Notes under the pieces: model-generated
What the model was told of the DNA's origin: nothing
The model's input: only the letters and a program-made list of their open reading frames with translations
Database searches by the model: none
Made by a program: the position numbers and the translations under genes
From: Escherichia coli
GTDB lineage: Bacteria > Pseudomonadota > Gammaproteobacteria > Enterobacterales > Enterobacteriaceae
Strand: one strand, 5' to 3'
NCBI RefSeq assembly: GCF_048403405.1
Contig: NZ_CP183129.1
Length of the DNA: 64,000 nt
In this document: positions 27,258 to 39,241 of the stretch, one piece after another
Layout of the letters: each line of letters begins with the position of its first letter
Numbering within the stretch: the first letter of the stretch is position 1

Positions 27258-28019
27258 TTACCGCCACATCGCGTGTTTATCGCGATAGCAATCGACCCAC
27301 ATCGCCGTCGCACCACAAACGGCAACGGGCATGATGAACAGATTAAGCAGAGGGATCATCGTAAACAGGCTGGTTAAAGCACCAAACTGCATATTGGTGA
27401 TTTTGCGTGTGCGCAGGGCGGTGCGCATCTCTTTAAACGGCACTTTGTGGTTATCGAAGGGGTAATCGCAATACTGGATGGCTAACATCCAGGCGCTAAA
27501 CAGGAACCATAGTACCGGCGCGACGGTTTGCCCAATACCAGGGATGAAGTAAAGAATTAGCAATACAATTGCGCGCGGCAGATACCAGGCAAATTTTTGC
27601 CATTCGCGTTTCATGATTCGCGGCACATCTTTCATGATACCGAAAATCCCGGTATCTGGCGGTGTAGCGCCAGTCAATCGTGCTTCCAGTTGTTCAGCCA
27701 ATAAACCGTTAAACGGAGCGGCAATCCAGTTAGCAATCGTTGAGAAGAAATAGCCAAACACTAACAGCACGGAGATGACTGCCAGAGGCCACAACAGATA
27801 GCTCAGCCATTGTAACCAGTCCGGAACATAACTCATGAGAGTCGGGATCCAGACATCGAGTTGCGTAAATAGCCACCAGAATGCGCCCCCCATCAACAAA
27901 ATATTGACCAGCAGCGGTAAAATAACGAAACGCCGAATCCCAGGTTGCGAGACGAGCTTCCAGCCTTGCGCAAAATAGTAAAAACCGCTGCGTGGGGCAG
28001 ATGTGAATGATGAAACCAT
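27258..28019 (-). CDS. cysZ: CysZ, sulfate transporter
   Basis: 253-aa membrane ORF. Confidence 0.9.
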
Positions 28020-28248
28020 AATCAGGATGAGCTCCTTTTGACCAATCCCAGGAAAATTCTGCGTATTTTACCGGGTAATTGCGCAATGGACAGTTAGGAT
28101 ATGTTCGAAAAAACAGCAAAAAGCACGATTTCATCTATCTTTGTGCTGTGAAAGTTAATAGTGCACTTGCACTTGAGGTAATCGGCAAATACTCTTAGTG
28201 AGTAAATGTTTGCCGTGGTGGCAAGGTGTTAGAACAACAGAGAATATA

Positions 28249-29247
28249 ATGATGCAGGATTTGCGTCTGATATTAATCATTGTTGGCGCGATCGCCATAA
28301 TCGCTTTACTGGTACATGGTTTCTGGACCAGCCGTAAAGAACGATCTTCTATGTTCCGCGATCGGCCATTAAAACGAATGAAGTCAAAACGTGACGACGA
28401 TTCTTATGACGAGGATGTCGAAGATGATGAGGGCGTTGGTGAGGTTCGTGTTCACCGCGTGAATCATGCCCCGGCTAACGCCCAGGAGCATGAGGCTGCT
28501 CGTCCGTCGTCGCAACACCAGTACCAACCGCCTTATGCGTCTGCGCAGCCGCGTCAACCGGTCCAGCCGCCGCCTGAAGCGCAGGTACCGCCGCAACATG
28601 CTCCGCGTCCAGCGCAGCCGGTGCAGCAACCCGTGCAGCAGCCTGCCTATCAGCCGCAGCCTGAACAGCCGTTGCAGCAGCCAGTTTCGCCACAGGTCGC
28701 GTCAGCGCCGCAGCCAGTGCATTCAGCACCGCAACCGGCACAACAGGCTTTCCAGTCTGCAGAACCCGTAGCGGCACCACAGCCTGAGCCTGTAGCGGAA
28801 CCGGCTCCAGTTATGGATAAACCGAAGCGCAAAGAAGCGGTGATTATCATGAACGTCGCGGCGCATCACGGTAGCGAGCTAAACGGTGAACTGCTTCTTA
28901 ACAGCATTCAACAAGCGGGCTTCATTTTTGGCGATATGAATATTTACCATCGTCATCTTAGCCCGGATGGCAGCGGCCCGGCGTTATTCAGCCTGGCGAA
29001 TATGGTGAAACCGGGAACCTTTGATCCTGAAATGAAGGATTTCACTACTCCGGGTGTCACTATCTTTATGCAGGTACCGTCTTACGGTGACGAGCTGCAG
29101 AACTTCAAGCTGATGCTGCAATCTGCGCAGCATATTGCCGATGAAGTGGGCGGTGTAGTGCTTGACGATCAGCGCCGTATGATGACTCCGCAGAAATTGC
29201 GCGAGTACCAGGACATCATCCGCGAAGTCAAAGACGCCAACGCCTGA
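28249..29247 (+). CDS. zipA: ZipA, cell division protein
   Basis: ORF 28198..29247; start placed at [13 protein letters not shown]; N-terminal anchor, P/Q-rich linker, FtsZ-binding domain. Confidence 0.88.
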   Translation: MMQDLRLILIIVGAIAIIALLVHGFWTSRKERSSMFRDRPLKRMKSKRDDDSYDEDVEDDEGVGEVRVHRVNHAPANAQEHEAARPSSQHQYQPPYASAQPRQPVQPPPEAQVPPQHAPRPAQPVQQPVQQPAYQPQPEQPLQQPVSPQVASAPQPVHSAPQPAQQAFQSAEPVAAPQPEPVAEPAPVMDKPKRKEAVIIMNVAAHHGSELNGELLLNSIQQAGFIFGDMNIYHRHLSPDGSGPALFSLANMVKPGTFDPEMKDFTTPGVTIFMQVPSYGDELQNFKLMLQSAQHIADEVGGVVLDDQRRMMTPQKLREYQDIIREVKDANA

Positions 29248-29276
29248 TACACTTAAGGCAAATTAACTCCTCTTCG

Positions 29277-29300
29277 AACCCCCGCTTGTCGGGGGTTTTT
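29277..29300 (+). terminator. Rho-independent terminator after zipA
   Basis: cccccgcttgtcggggg followed by ttttt. Confidence 0.65.
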
Positions 29301-29308
29301 AGCATTGA

Positions 29309-31333
<2,025 letters not shown>

Positions 31334-31334
31334 G

Positions 31335-31553
31335 ATGGAAAAAGAGCAGCTGATTGAAATAGCCAATACGATAATGCCGTTTGGCAAATACAAAGGGCGT
31401 CGCTTAATCGACCTGCCGGAGGAGTATCTTCTGTGGTTTGCCCGCAAAGATGAGTTCCCGGCAGGGAAGCTCGGTGAGCTAATGCAAATCACGCTGCTGA
31501 TTAAAACTGAGGGGCTGACGCAACTGGTCCAGCCCCTGAAGCGTCCTCTTTAA
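31335..31553 (+). CDS. ypeB: YpeB, small conserved protein
   Basis: 72-aa ORF immediately after ligA. Confidence 0.75.
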   Translation: MEKEQLIEIANTIMPFGKYKGRRLIDLPEEYLLWFARKDEFPAGKLGELMQITLLIKTEGLTQLVQPLKRPL

Positions 31554-32548
31554 GCTTTATTGGCGCGGCTTTCCTGCTGCGCCTGTAACTGTTCGGTCTG
31601 GTGTTTGTATCGACGCGCCAGCACCGCACAGACCATCAATTGGATCTGATGGAAAATCATCAGAGGCAGCATCATCATACCGATCACCGATGTGGGGAAA
31701 AGAATGTTTGCCATCGGGATGCCATTTGCCAGACTCTTTTTCGAACCACAAAAGACGATAGTAATTTCATCTGCCTTATTGAAGCCCAGTCGGCGTGCCA
31801 TAAAGACGTTAACTACAATCACGATAGCCAGAAGAACGCAGCTGACCACCACGATAAACAGCAATGATCCCCAGCCAACTTTATGCCAGATACCATTAAC
31901 AACGGCTTCGCTGAACGCTGTATAAACCACCAACAGAATGGACGTCTGGTCAGTTTTCGCAATCCATTTTTTATTGCGTGACACCCAGCCACCAATCCAC
32001 GGCCGGGAAAGATGCCCCAACACAAACGGCAGCAGCAGTTGCAGCATAATTTTACCGACCTGCTCAAGGCTGCCTCCCGCACCGTGAACATTCATCACCA
32101 GACCAACCAGCAATGGTGAAAGGAAAATCCCCAACAGGCTGGATGCTGACGCAGAACAAACCGCTGCCGCAACGTTACCGCCCGCCATTGACGTGAAGGC
32201 GATTGCAGACTGCACGGTAGCGGGGAGAATGCACAAGTAGAGAAAACCGGAGTAGAGCATCGGGTCGACATCAACCGGTTTCCACCAGGCAAACAGCATG
32301 CCCAGAATCGGAAACAGCACGAAGGTGCTGCACATTACCCACAAATGCAGTCGCCAGTGCCCACCGCCAGCAATAATCGCCTCACGCGACAACTTCGCGC
32401 CGTGCATAAAAAACAGCAGGGCAATCGCTGCGGTGGTCAGATTTTCAAAGAAGGGGACGAAATCGCCTCTGGCCGGAAAGAAAGAGGCCAGCAACACCAC
32501 CGTGATCAGGGTTAAGGTGAAAGGATCGAGGATACGAAAAAGTTTCAT
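31550..32548 (-). CDS. yfeH: YfeH, bile acid:sodium symporter-family transporter
   Basis: 332-aa polytopic ORF. Confidence 0.85.
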   Translation of the reverse strand: MKLFRILDPFTLTLITVVLLASFFPARGDFVPFFENLTTAAIALLFFMHGAKLSREAIIAGGGHWRLHLWVMCSTFVLFPILGMLFAWWKPVDVDPMLYSGFLYLCILPATVQSAIAFTSMAGGNVAAAVCSASASSLLGIFLSPLLVGLVMNVHGAGGSLEQVGKIMLQLLLPFVLGHLSRPWIGGWVSRNKKWIAKTDQTSILLVVYTAFSEAVVNGIWHKVGWGSLLFIVVVSCVLLAIVIVVNVFMARRLGFNKADEITIVFCGSKKSLANGIPMANILFPTSVIGMMMLPLMIFHQIQLMVCAVLARRYKHQTEQLQAQQESRANKA

Positions 32549-32637
32549 AAAGACTCCAGATGATCGATGGTTCTATTGTGCTTCTTCCAGTTTGAGAAAT
32601 AAAATTGATTTATTGCATCCATTCATGAAGAAAACAG

Positions 32638-33564
32638 ATGAATTATTCTTTAAAACAATTAAAGGTTTTCGTCACAGTAGCGCAGGAGAAAAGTTTTAGT
32701 CGTGCAGGAGAGCGTATCGGCCTGAGCCAGTCGGCAGTGAGTCACAGTGTGAAGGAGCTGGAATATCATACTGGTGTTCGCCTGCTGGACAGAACCACGC
32801 GTGAAGTGGTGCTTACAGATGCAGGGCAGCAGTTGGCTTTGCGTCTTGAGCGACTGCTGGATGAACTGAACAGCACGTTGCGCGATACCGGGCGTATGGG
32901 GCAACAACTGAGCGGAAAAGTTCGGGTCGCTGCCAGCCAGACCATTTCCGCGCATCTTATTCCGCAATGCATTGCTGAAAGCCATCGCCGCTATCCAGAT
33001 ATTCAGTTTGTCCTGCACGATCGTCCGCAGCAGTGGGTGATGGAAAGTATTCGTCAGGGAGATGTCGACTTTGGCATCGTCATCGATCCAGGCCCAGTGG
33101 GCGATCTGCAATGTGAAGCGATTCTTTCCGAGCCTTTCTTTCTGCTTTGCCATCGCGATAGCGCTTTGGCCGTGGAAGATTATGTACCCTGGCAGGCATT
33201 ACAGGGAGCGAAATTGGTGTTGCAGGATTACGCGTCAGGCAGCCGACCGCTGATTGACGCAGCGCTGGCGCGCAATGGTATTCAGGCGAATATTGTGCAG
33301 GAGATTGGACATCCGGCGACGCTGTTCCCGATGGTAGCCGCAGGCATCGGCATTAGTATTCTTCCCGCACTGGCGCTGCCGTTACCTGAAGGTAGCCCGC
33401 TGGTGGTAAAGCGCATTACGCCGGTGGTGGAACGCCAGTTGATGCTGGTGCGCAGGAAGAACCGTTCACTTTCCACCGCCGCACAAGCGTTATGGGACGT
33501 GGTACGAGGCCAGGGCCGTGCGCTAATGGCTGGGCGGGAAGGGGAGCCGCTGTATCAGATATAG
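32638..33564 (+). CDS. yfeR: YfeR, LysR-family regulator
   Basis: 308-aa ORF with N-terminal LysR HTH. Confidence 0.88.
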   Translation: MNYSLKQLKVFVTVAQEKSFSRAGERIGLSQSAVSHSVKELEYHTGVRLLDRTTREVVLTDAGQQLALRLERLLDELNSTLRDTGRMGQQLSGKVRVAASQTISAHLIPQCIAESHRRYPDIQFVLHDRPQQWVMESIRQGDVDFGIVIDPGPVGDLQCEAILSEPFFLLCHRDSALAVEDYVPWQALQGAKLVLQDYASGSRPLIDAALARNGIQANIVQEIGHPATLFPMVAAGIGISILPALALPLPEGSPLVVKRITPVVERQLMLVRRKNRSLSTAAQALWDVVRGQGRALMAGREGEPLYQI

Positions 33565-33896
33565 ATATCGATCTGAGTCGTTTTTTCAACAGGATTTGGA
33601 AGGGATGCATTCAAAGACAAACGCTGCTCTTTCTCCTGCGCCTTTTCTGCCTGCTGTCTTTGCAACTGCGCCAGTTGTGTTTCCAGTAGGGTGATTTGCT
33701 GCTGAATCAATTCGGCCTGTTTTTGCTTGTCTTCAGCACTGCCGCTAGTGTCTGCAATCTCTTTAATTTGTTGAGTGAGTTTGATGATTTGCTGACTTAT
33801 CCGCGCAATTTGTGAAGCAACATCGCTACCTTCTGATGCCCTGTTACTACTCTGTGTTTGTATGGAAGGAATTGAAGTTGGAGAGATAGTGGCCAT
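33555..33896 (-). CDS. Hypothetical Gln-rich coiled-coil protein (FlxA-like), 113 aa
   Basis: ORF with heptad-like LQxQ repeats in the position where K-12 carries yfeN-xapABR; assignment by resemblance only. Confidence 0.4.
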   Translation of the reverse strand: MATISPTSIPSIQTQSSNRASEGSDVASQIARISQQIIKLTQQIKEIADTSGSAEDKQKQAELIQQQITLLETQLAQLQRQQAEKAQEKEQRLSLNASLPNPVEKTTQIDIYI

Positions 33897-33982
33897 TGTT
33901 CAGTCCTCGTCACTGTACGAGGTAATATCGGCAGAAGAACAAGGAACTTGAGAAGAAAAATCAATCTTACAAACCGCATATA

Positions 33983-34009
33983 GCAAAAAAGCGCCTTTAG
34001 GGCGCTTTT
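33983..34009. terminator. Bidirectional hairpin terminator after the tRNA cluster
   Basis: aaaaaagcgcc ttta gggcgctttttt. Confidence 0.65.
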
Positions 34010-34013
34010 TTAC

Positions 34014-34089
34014 ATTGGTGGGTCGTGCAGGATTCGAACCTGCGACCAATTGATTAAAAGTCAACTGCTCTACCAACTGAGCTAACGAC
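34014..34089 (-). tRNA. lysV: tRNA-Lys (UUU)
   Basis: 76 nt, reverse complement GGGTCGTTAGCTCAG...ACTTTTAATCA...CCACCA. Confidence 0.95.
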
Positions 34090-34093
34090 CCGA

Positions 34094-34169
34094 AGTGGTG
34101 GGTGATGACGGGATCGAACCGCCGACCCCCTCCTTGTAAGGGAGGTGCTCTCCCAGCTGAGCTAATCAC
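34094..34169 (-). tRNA. valY: tRNA-Val (UAC)
   Basis: 76 nt, anticodon loop CCTTACAAGG, 3' CCA. Confidence 0.95.
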
Positions 34170-34215
34170 CCACTTCGGTACTTCACATTTTTACAAGAAA
34201 TTTAGCTGGCGAGAA

Positions 34216-34291
34216 AGTGGTGGGTGATGACGGGATCGAACCGCCGACCCCCTCCTTGTAAGGGAGGTGCTCTCCCAGCTGAGCTAATCAC
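34216..34291 (-). tRNA. valX: tRNA-Val (UAC)
   Basis: Identical 76-nt copy. Confidence 0.95.
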
Positions 34292-34335
34292 CCACTTCTC
34301 AATTTCTTGCTACACGGCGGAGACTACATAAAGTA

Positions 34336-34411
34336 GTTGGTGGGTGATGACGGGATCGAACCGCCGACCCCCTCCTTGTAAGGGAGGTGCTCTCCCAGCT
34401 GAGCTAATCAC
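34336..34411 (-). tRNA. valU: tRNA-Val (UAC)
   Basis: Identical 76-nt copy. Confidence 0.95.
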
Positions 34412-34671
34412 CCCCGCTGTGTGGAGTCGCATTATAGGGAGAGTTCAAAATGAGTCAACGCATTTTCTAAAGAAATTGTTCGTTCGTCGTAAATTTAAGC
34501 AAGATGATCGCAAAACAGACCGTGTTGCGCAATTTGTCAACGAAAACAATAATGCGTAAGGTTGCAACCCGAACTACATTGAGGAATCAGGCGGGAGTGA
34601 TAGAATATCGCCCACTCAATTTTTCCAGGATTTGCCGGTTGTCGGCATCTTTCTAAACGTAAGGCCATTTC

Positions 34672-36087
34672 ATGAAAATCAAAACTCGCTTCGCGCCAAG
34701 CCCAACAGGCTATCTGCACGTTGGCGGCGCGCGTACTGCTCTTTACTCCTGGCTTTTTGCACGTAACCACGGCGGTGAGTTCGTGCTGCGTATTGAAGAC
34801 ACCGATCTTGAGCGTTCCACGCCGGAAGCTATCGAAGCCATTATGGATGGCATGAACTGGCTGAGCCTGGAGTGGGATGAAGGTCCGTACTTCCAGACCA
34901 AACGTTTTGATCGCTACAACGCGGTGATCGATCAGATGCTGGAAGAGGGCACAGCTTATAAATGCTATTGCTCTAAAGAGCGCCTGGAAGCGCTGCGCGA
35001 AGAGCAAATGGCGAAAGGTGAGAAGCCGCGTTATGACGGTCGCTGCCGCCACAGCCATGAGCATCATGCTGATGATGAACCGTGTGTTGTACGTTTTGCT
35101 AACCCGCAGGAAGGTTCTGTTGTTTTTGACGATCAGATCCGTGGTCCGATCGAATTCAGCAACCAGGAGCTGGATGATCTGATTATCCGTCGTACCGATG
35201 GTTCTCCAACCTATAACTTCTGTGTGGTGGTTGACGACTGGGATATGGAAATCACCCACGTTATCCGTGGCGAAGACCATATCAACAACACGCCACGCCA
35301 GATCAACATTCTTAAAGCACTGAAAGCGCCGGTACCGGTTTACGCGCACGTTTCTATGATCAACGGCGATGACGGCAAAAAACTGTCCAAACGTCACGGG
35401 GCGGTCAGCGTAATGCAGTATCGTGATGACGGTTATTTGCCAGAAGCACTGCTGAACTATCTGGTGCGTCTGGGCTGGTCCCACGGCGATCAGGAAATCT
35501 TCACTCGTGAAGAGATGATCAAATACTTCACCCTGAATGCCGTCAGCAAATCTGCCAGTGCGTTCAACACCGACAAGCTGCTGTGGCTGAACCATCACTA
35601 CATTAACGCGCTGCCGCCGGAGTATGTTGCTACTCAATTACAGTGGCACATTGAGCAGGAAAATATCGATACCCGTAACGGCCCGCAGCTGGCTGATCTG
35701 GTGAAACTACTGGGTGAACGCTGCAAGACGCTGAAAGAGATGGCACAGAGCTGCCGCTATTTCTACGAAGATTTTGCTGAGTTCGATGCCGACGCCGCGA
35801 AAAAACATCTGCGTCCGGTAGCGCGTCAGCCGCTGGAAGTGGTTCGTGACAAACTGGCCGCGATTACTGACTGGACCGCTGAAAACGTTCATCACGCTAT
35901 TCAGGCGACGGCGGATGAGCTGGAAGTGGGGATGGGTAAAGTTGGTATGCCGCTGCGTGTCGCCGTAACCGGTGCGGGGCAGTCTCCGGCGCTGGATGTT
36001 ACCGTTCACGCAATCGGTAAGACCCGCAGTATCGAGCGTATCAACAAAGCGCTGGCTTTTATTGCTGAACGCGAAAATCAGCAGTAA
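34672..36087 (+). CDS. gltX: GltX, glutamyl-tRNA synthetase
   Basis: 471-aa ORF with HIGH-type motif (PTGYLHVGG) and KMSK-type motif (KLSKR). Confidence 0.95.
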   Translation: MKIKTRFAPSPTGYLHVGGARTALYSWLFARNHGGEFVLRIEDTDLERSTPEAIEAIMDGMNWLSLEWDEGPYFQTKRFDRYNAVIDQMLEEGTAYKCYCSKERLEALREEQMAKGEKPRYDGRCRHSHEHHADDEPCVVRFANPQEGSVVFDDQIRGPIEFSNQELDDLIIRRTDGSPTYNFCVVVDDWDMEITHVIRGEDHINNTPRQINILKALKAPVPVYAHVSMINGDDGKKLSKRHGAVSVMQYRDDGYLPEALLNYLVRLGWSHGDQEIFTREEMIKYFTLNAVSKSASAFNTDKLLWLNHHYINALPPEYVATQLQWHIEQENIDTRNGPQLADLVKLLGERCKTLKEMAQSCRYFYEDFAEFDADAAKKHLRPVARQPLEVVRDKLAAITDWTAENVHHAIQATADELEVGMGKVGMPLRVAVTGAGQSPALDVTVHAIGKTRSIERINKALAFIAERENQQ

Positions 36088-36103
36088 TTAGCGCATAAAA
36101 GAT

Positions 36104-36136
36104 AAACGGCAGGAGAGATACCCCTGCCGTTTTTTA
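36104..36136 (+). terminator. Rho-independent terminator after gltX
   Basis: aacggcagg agagatac ccctgccgtt followed by tttttt. Confidence 0.7.
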
Positions 36137-36210
36137 TTTATCCGGTGCGCCGTAAAACCCCGTCCTTCAGGGCGGGGATATAAGGCGCGGTTTTCCACCT
36201 GACCAGGTGT

Positions 36211-36630
36211 TTGCTGTTGTTCAATGTATTGGCGGATGACGGATATTGGCGCACCTCCGCAGCTACTGGCAAAATAGCCAGGACTCCACAAAACGCCTTT
36301 GTAGTAATACCTGACGGCAATATCTGGTCGATCTCGTCGCAGTCACCTACCCGATACGCCTTTGAGGCTGTTTACCAGACTGGATATCGCCAGTTTGGGA
36401 GGATAGTTAATTAACAAATGGACGTGATCTGGTTCGCCATCCATTTCAACCAGTTCAGCTTCAAAATCAGCACATACCTTTGAAAAGTAAGTGCGTAGTT
36501 TTTCTGTCGCGTCATGGTCAAAAATCTGGCGTCGGTATCTGGTGACAAAGACCAGGTGAACATGCATCAGGAAAACACAATGCCTTCCACGCCGGATATC
36601 GGTTTCTTTTTTCACAGACCAAAGTATCAT
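36211..36630 (-). pseudogene. tnpA: tnpA (IS200/IS605 Y1 HuH transposase) interrupted by an in-frame TGA at 36343-36345
   Basis: N-terminal ORF 36343..36630 carries HuH (PDHVHLLI); the same frame continues after the stop through RLRRDRPDIAVRYYYKGVLWSPGYFASSCGGAPISVIRQYIEQQ (ORF 36088..36291). Confidence 0.7.
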
Positions 36631-36637
36631 TTGGCCT

Positions 36638-37846
36638 GTGAAACGACTACAGGCATTTAAATTCCAGTTAAGACCCGGTGGTCAACAGGAGCGTGAAATG
36701 AGGCGCTTCGCAGGCGCATGTCGTTTCGTTTTCAATCGTGCTCTGGCGCTTCAGAATGAGAATCATGAGGCCGGTAATAAATACATCCCTTACGGGAAAA
36801 TGGCTTCCTGGCTGGTTGAGTGGAAAAACGCCACTGAAACGCAATGGCTTAAAGATTCGCCCTCACAGCCATTGCAACAGTCACTGAAAGACCTTGAGCG
36901 GGCTTACAAAAACTTCTTCCGGAAGCGGGCTGCTTTTCCCCGATTCAAAAAGCGGGGACAGAATGATGCATTCCGCTACCCGCAGGGCGTTAAGCTCGAT
37001 CAGGAAAACAGCCGTATTTTTCTGCCGAAACTTGGCTGGATGCGCTACCGGAATAGCCGTCAGGTCACGGGTGTTGTGAAAAATGTCACTGTCTGCCAGT
37101 CCTGCGGTAAGTGGTACATCAGTATTCAGACAGAAAGTGAAGTATCAACTCCGGTTCACCCTTCAGCATCAATGGTCGGGCTGGATGCTGGCGTGGCTAA
37201 ACTCGCCACGCTGTCAGATGGCACAGTCTTTGAGCCTGTAAACAGTTTTCAGAAAAACCAGAAGAAGCTGGCGAGACTTCAGCGACAGTTAAGCCGCAAG
37301 GTCAAATTCAGCAACAACTGGCAGAAGCAGAAACGCAAAATACAGCGACTGCATTCCTGTATCGCAAATATCCGCAGGGACTACCTTCATAAAGTCACAA
37401 CGACCGTCAGCAAAAACCACGCAATGATAGTCATTGAGGATTTGAAGGTCAGTAACATGTCAAAGTCAGCAGCGGGTACGGTCAGCCAGCCGCGGCGCAA
37501 TGTCCGGGCAAAATCAGGTTTAAACCGTTCGATACTGGATCAGGGCAGGTATGAAATGCGCCGCCAGCTTGAGTACAAGCAGCTCTGGCGTGGCGGTCAG
37601 GTGCTTGCTGTTCCGCCAGCGTACACAAGCCAGCGTTGCGCGTGCTGTGGTCATACAGCGAAAGAAAATCGCCTGTCACAAAGTCAATTCAGATGCCAGG
37701 TATGTGGATATACAGCGAACGCCGATGTAAACGGCGCTCGTAACATTTTAGCGGCGGGGCACGCCGTTCTTGCCTGTGGAGAGATGGTGCAGTCAGGCCG
37801 CCCGTTGAAGCAGGAACCCACCGAAATGATTCAGGCGACAGCCTGA
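36638..37846 (+). CDS. tnpB: TnpB (IS605 OrfB-type RuvC-like nuclease), 402 aa, GTG start
   Basis: N-terminal KFQLRP...FNRAL; RuvC-I GLDAGV, RuvC-II VIEDLK, CxxC...CxxC zinc finger (CACCGH...CQVCGY), Ruv[13 protein letters not shown]. Confidence 0.85.
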   Translation: MKRLQAFKFQLRPGGQQEREMRRFAGACRFVFNRALALQNENHEAGNKYIPYGKMASWLVEWKNATETQWLKDSPSQPLQQSLKDLERAYKNFFRKRAAFPRFKKRGQNDAFRYPQGVKLDQENSRIFLPKLGWMRYRNSRQVTGVVKNVTVCQSCGKWYISIQTESEVSTPVHPSASMVGLDAGVAKLATLSDGTVFEPVNSFQKNQKKLARLQRQLSRKVKFSNNWQKQKRKIQRLHSCIANIRRDYLHKVTTTVSKNHAMIVIEDLKVSNMSKSAAGTVSQPRRNVRAKSGLNRSILDQGRYEMRRQLEYKQLWRGGQVLAVPPAYTSQRCACCGHTAKENRLSQSQFRCQVCGYTANADVNGARNILAAGHAVLACGEMVQSGRPLKQEPTEMIQATA

Positions 37847-37901
37847 ACGTAGCAGGGATCCTCGTCATTCAGGGCGTGGAGGATGTCAAGCTGATTCATC
37901 T
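37700..37901 (+). ncRNA. Predicted TnpB-associated right-end guide RNA (omega RNA) region; extent not determined
   Basis: Inferred from the known organisation of IS200/IS605 elements (RNA overlaps the tnpB 3' end and right end, guide read from flank); no sequence-level proof here. Confidence 0.3.
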
Positions 37902-38170
37902 ATGTCGAGACGAGCAAGGAAATTACGAATTCCTTCGCGTGACAAAAATTGCGCAACTTTTTCCTGCTCACTGTGAGTCATGTTGTCTATTGCGCTGATG
38001 ATTTGCCGATAAGCAGGAGTGCGAATCCCCGGTGCGTATTCGGCAAGGGGTTCTTCGGCTTCCAGAAGCATCGGCGTGTTATGGAAGGCTGGCGTGTTCT
38101 GAATAAACTCGCAAACTTGCGTATCGACCAGAATAAGTCTGGCACGACCGCCTTTCACGCCAGGAAATTT
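37886..38170 (-). pseudogene. yfeD: yfeD 3' segment (codons 37-130) of an HTH-type DNA-binding protein split by the IS110-family insertion
   Basis: ORF 37886..38158 plus in-frame upstream codons KFPG; paralogous to yfeC. Confidence 0.8.
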
Positions 38171-38236
38171 AATGAGATGGTCACTCCCTCCTTCCCGGTA
38201 CTATGCTGAGGACAGGCTTTCATTCGGAGAACTATC

Positions 38237-39241
38237 ATGGAAAACATTGCGCTCATTGGTATCGATCTGGGTAAAAACTCTTTCCATATTCATTGCCAGG
38301 ATCGTCGCGGGAAGGCTGTTTACCGTAAAAAATTTACCCGGCCAAAGTTGATCGAATTTTTGGCGACATGCCCCGCTACAACCATCGCAATGGAAGCCTG
38401 TGGCGGTTCTCACTTTATGGCACGCAAGTTGGAAGAGTTGGGGCATTCCCCAAAGCTGATATCACCACAATTTGTCCGCCCGTTCGTTAAAAGCAATAAA
38501 AACGACTTTGTCGACGCCGAAGCTATTTGTGAAGCTGCATCGCGTCCGTCTATGCGTTTTGTGCAGCCCAGAACGGAATCTCAGCAGGCAATGCGGGCTC
38601 TGCATCGTGTCCGTGAATCCCTGGTTCAGGATAAGGTAAAAACAACCAATCAAATGCATGCTTTTCTGCTGGAATTTGGCATTAGCGTTCCCCGAGGAGC
38701 TGCCGTTATTAGCCGACTGAGTACCATTCTTGAGGATAATAGTTTGCCTCTTTACCTCAGCCAGTTATTGCTGAAATTACAACAGCATTATCACTATCTT
38801 GTTGAGCAGATTAAAGATTTGGAATCCCAGTTGAAACGAAAGTTGGACGAAGATGAGGTTGGACAGCGCTTGCTGAGCATTCCCTGCGTCGGAACACTGA
38901 CAGCGAGTACTATTTCAACTGAGATTGGCGACGGGAAGCAGTACGCCAGCAGCCGTGACTTTGCGGCGGCAACAGGGCTTGTACCTCGGCAGTACAGCAC
39001 GGGAGGTAGGACGACATTGCTGGGAATTAGTAAGCGAGGTAATAAAAAGATCCGAACTTTGTTGGTTCAATGTGCCAGGGTATTCATACAAAAACTGGAA
39101 CACCAGTCTGGCAAATTGGCCGATTGGGTCAGGGATTTACTGTGCCGGAAAAGCAACTTTGTCGTCACTTGTGCTCTGGCAAACAAGCTGGCCAGAATAG
39201 CCTGGGCCCTAACGGCACGACAGCAAACTTATGTAGCATAA
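38237..39241 (+). CDS. IS110-family DEDD transposase/recombinase, 334 aa
   Basis: N-terminal RuvC-like motifs (IGIDLGK, MEACG, DFVDAEA) and C-terminal domain with conserved Ser (VPRQYSTGG). Confidence 0.85.
   Translation: MENIALIGIDLGKNSFHIHCQDRRGKAVYRKKFTRPKLIEFLATCPATTIAMEACGGSHFMARKLEELGHSPKLISPQFVRPFVKSNKNDFVDAEAICEAASRPSMRFVQPRTESQQAMRALHRVRESLVQDKVKTTNQMHAFLLEFGISVPRGAAVISRLSTILEDNSLPLYLSQLLLKLQQHYHYLVEQIKDLESQLKRKLDEDEVGQRLLSIPCVGTLTASTISTEIGDGKQYASSRDFAAATGLVPRQYSTGGRTTLLGISKRGNKKIRTLLVQCARVFIQKLEHQSGKLADWVRDLLCRKSNFVVTCALANKLARIAWALTARQQTYVA

Larger units (their letters stand above)
36141..37885 (+). mobile_element. IS200/IS605-family insertion sequence (IS605-like divergent tnpA/tnpB layout); ends approximate
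   Basis: Y1-transposase remnant plus intact TnpB; near-identical subterminal motif ttcagggcgggg (36166-36177) and ttcagggcgtgg (37868-37879) within imperfect hairpins at both ends. Confidence 0.75.

Noticed and set aside
28384-28850. Several overlapping ORFs in the zipA Pro/Gln-rich region
   Set aside because: Produced by the low-complexity repetitive codons of the ZipA linker; not independent genes or a repeat array.
33900-34169. 89-aa ORF overlapping tRNA-Lys and tRNA-Val
   Set aside because: Translation across tRNA genes; not coding.
34094-34411. Three identical 76-bp units with about 45-bp spacers, superficially array-like
   Set aside because: They are three tRNA-Val genes with unrelated spacers of unequal length, not a CRISPR array.
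34537-35637. 366-aa minus-strand ORF antisense to gltX
   Set aside because: Same reasoning; gltX is unambiguous and the antisense translation is low-complexity.
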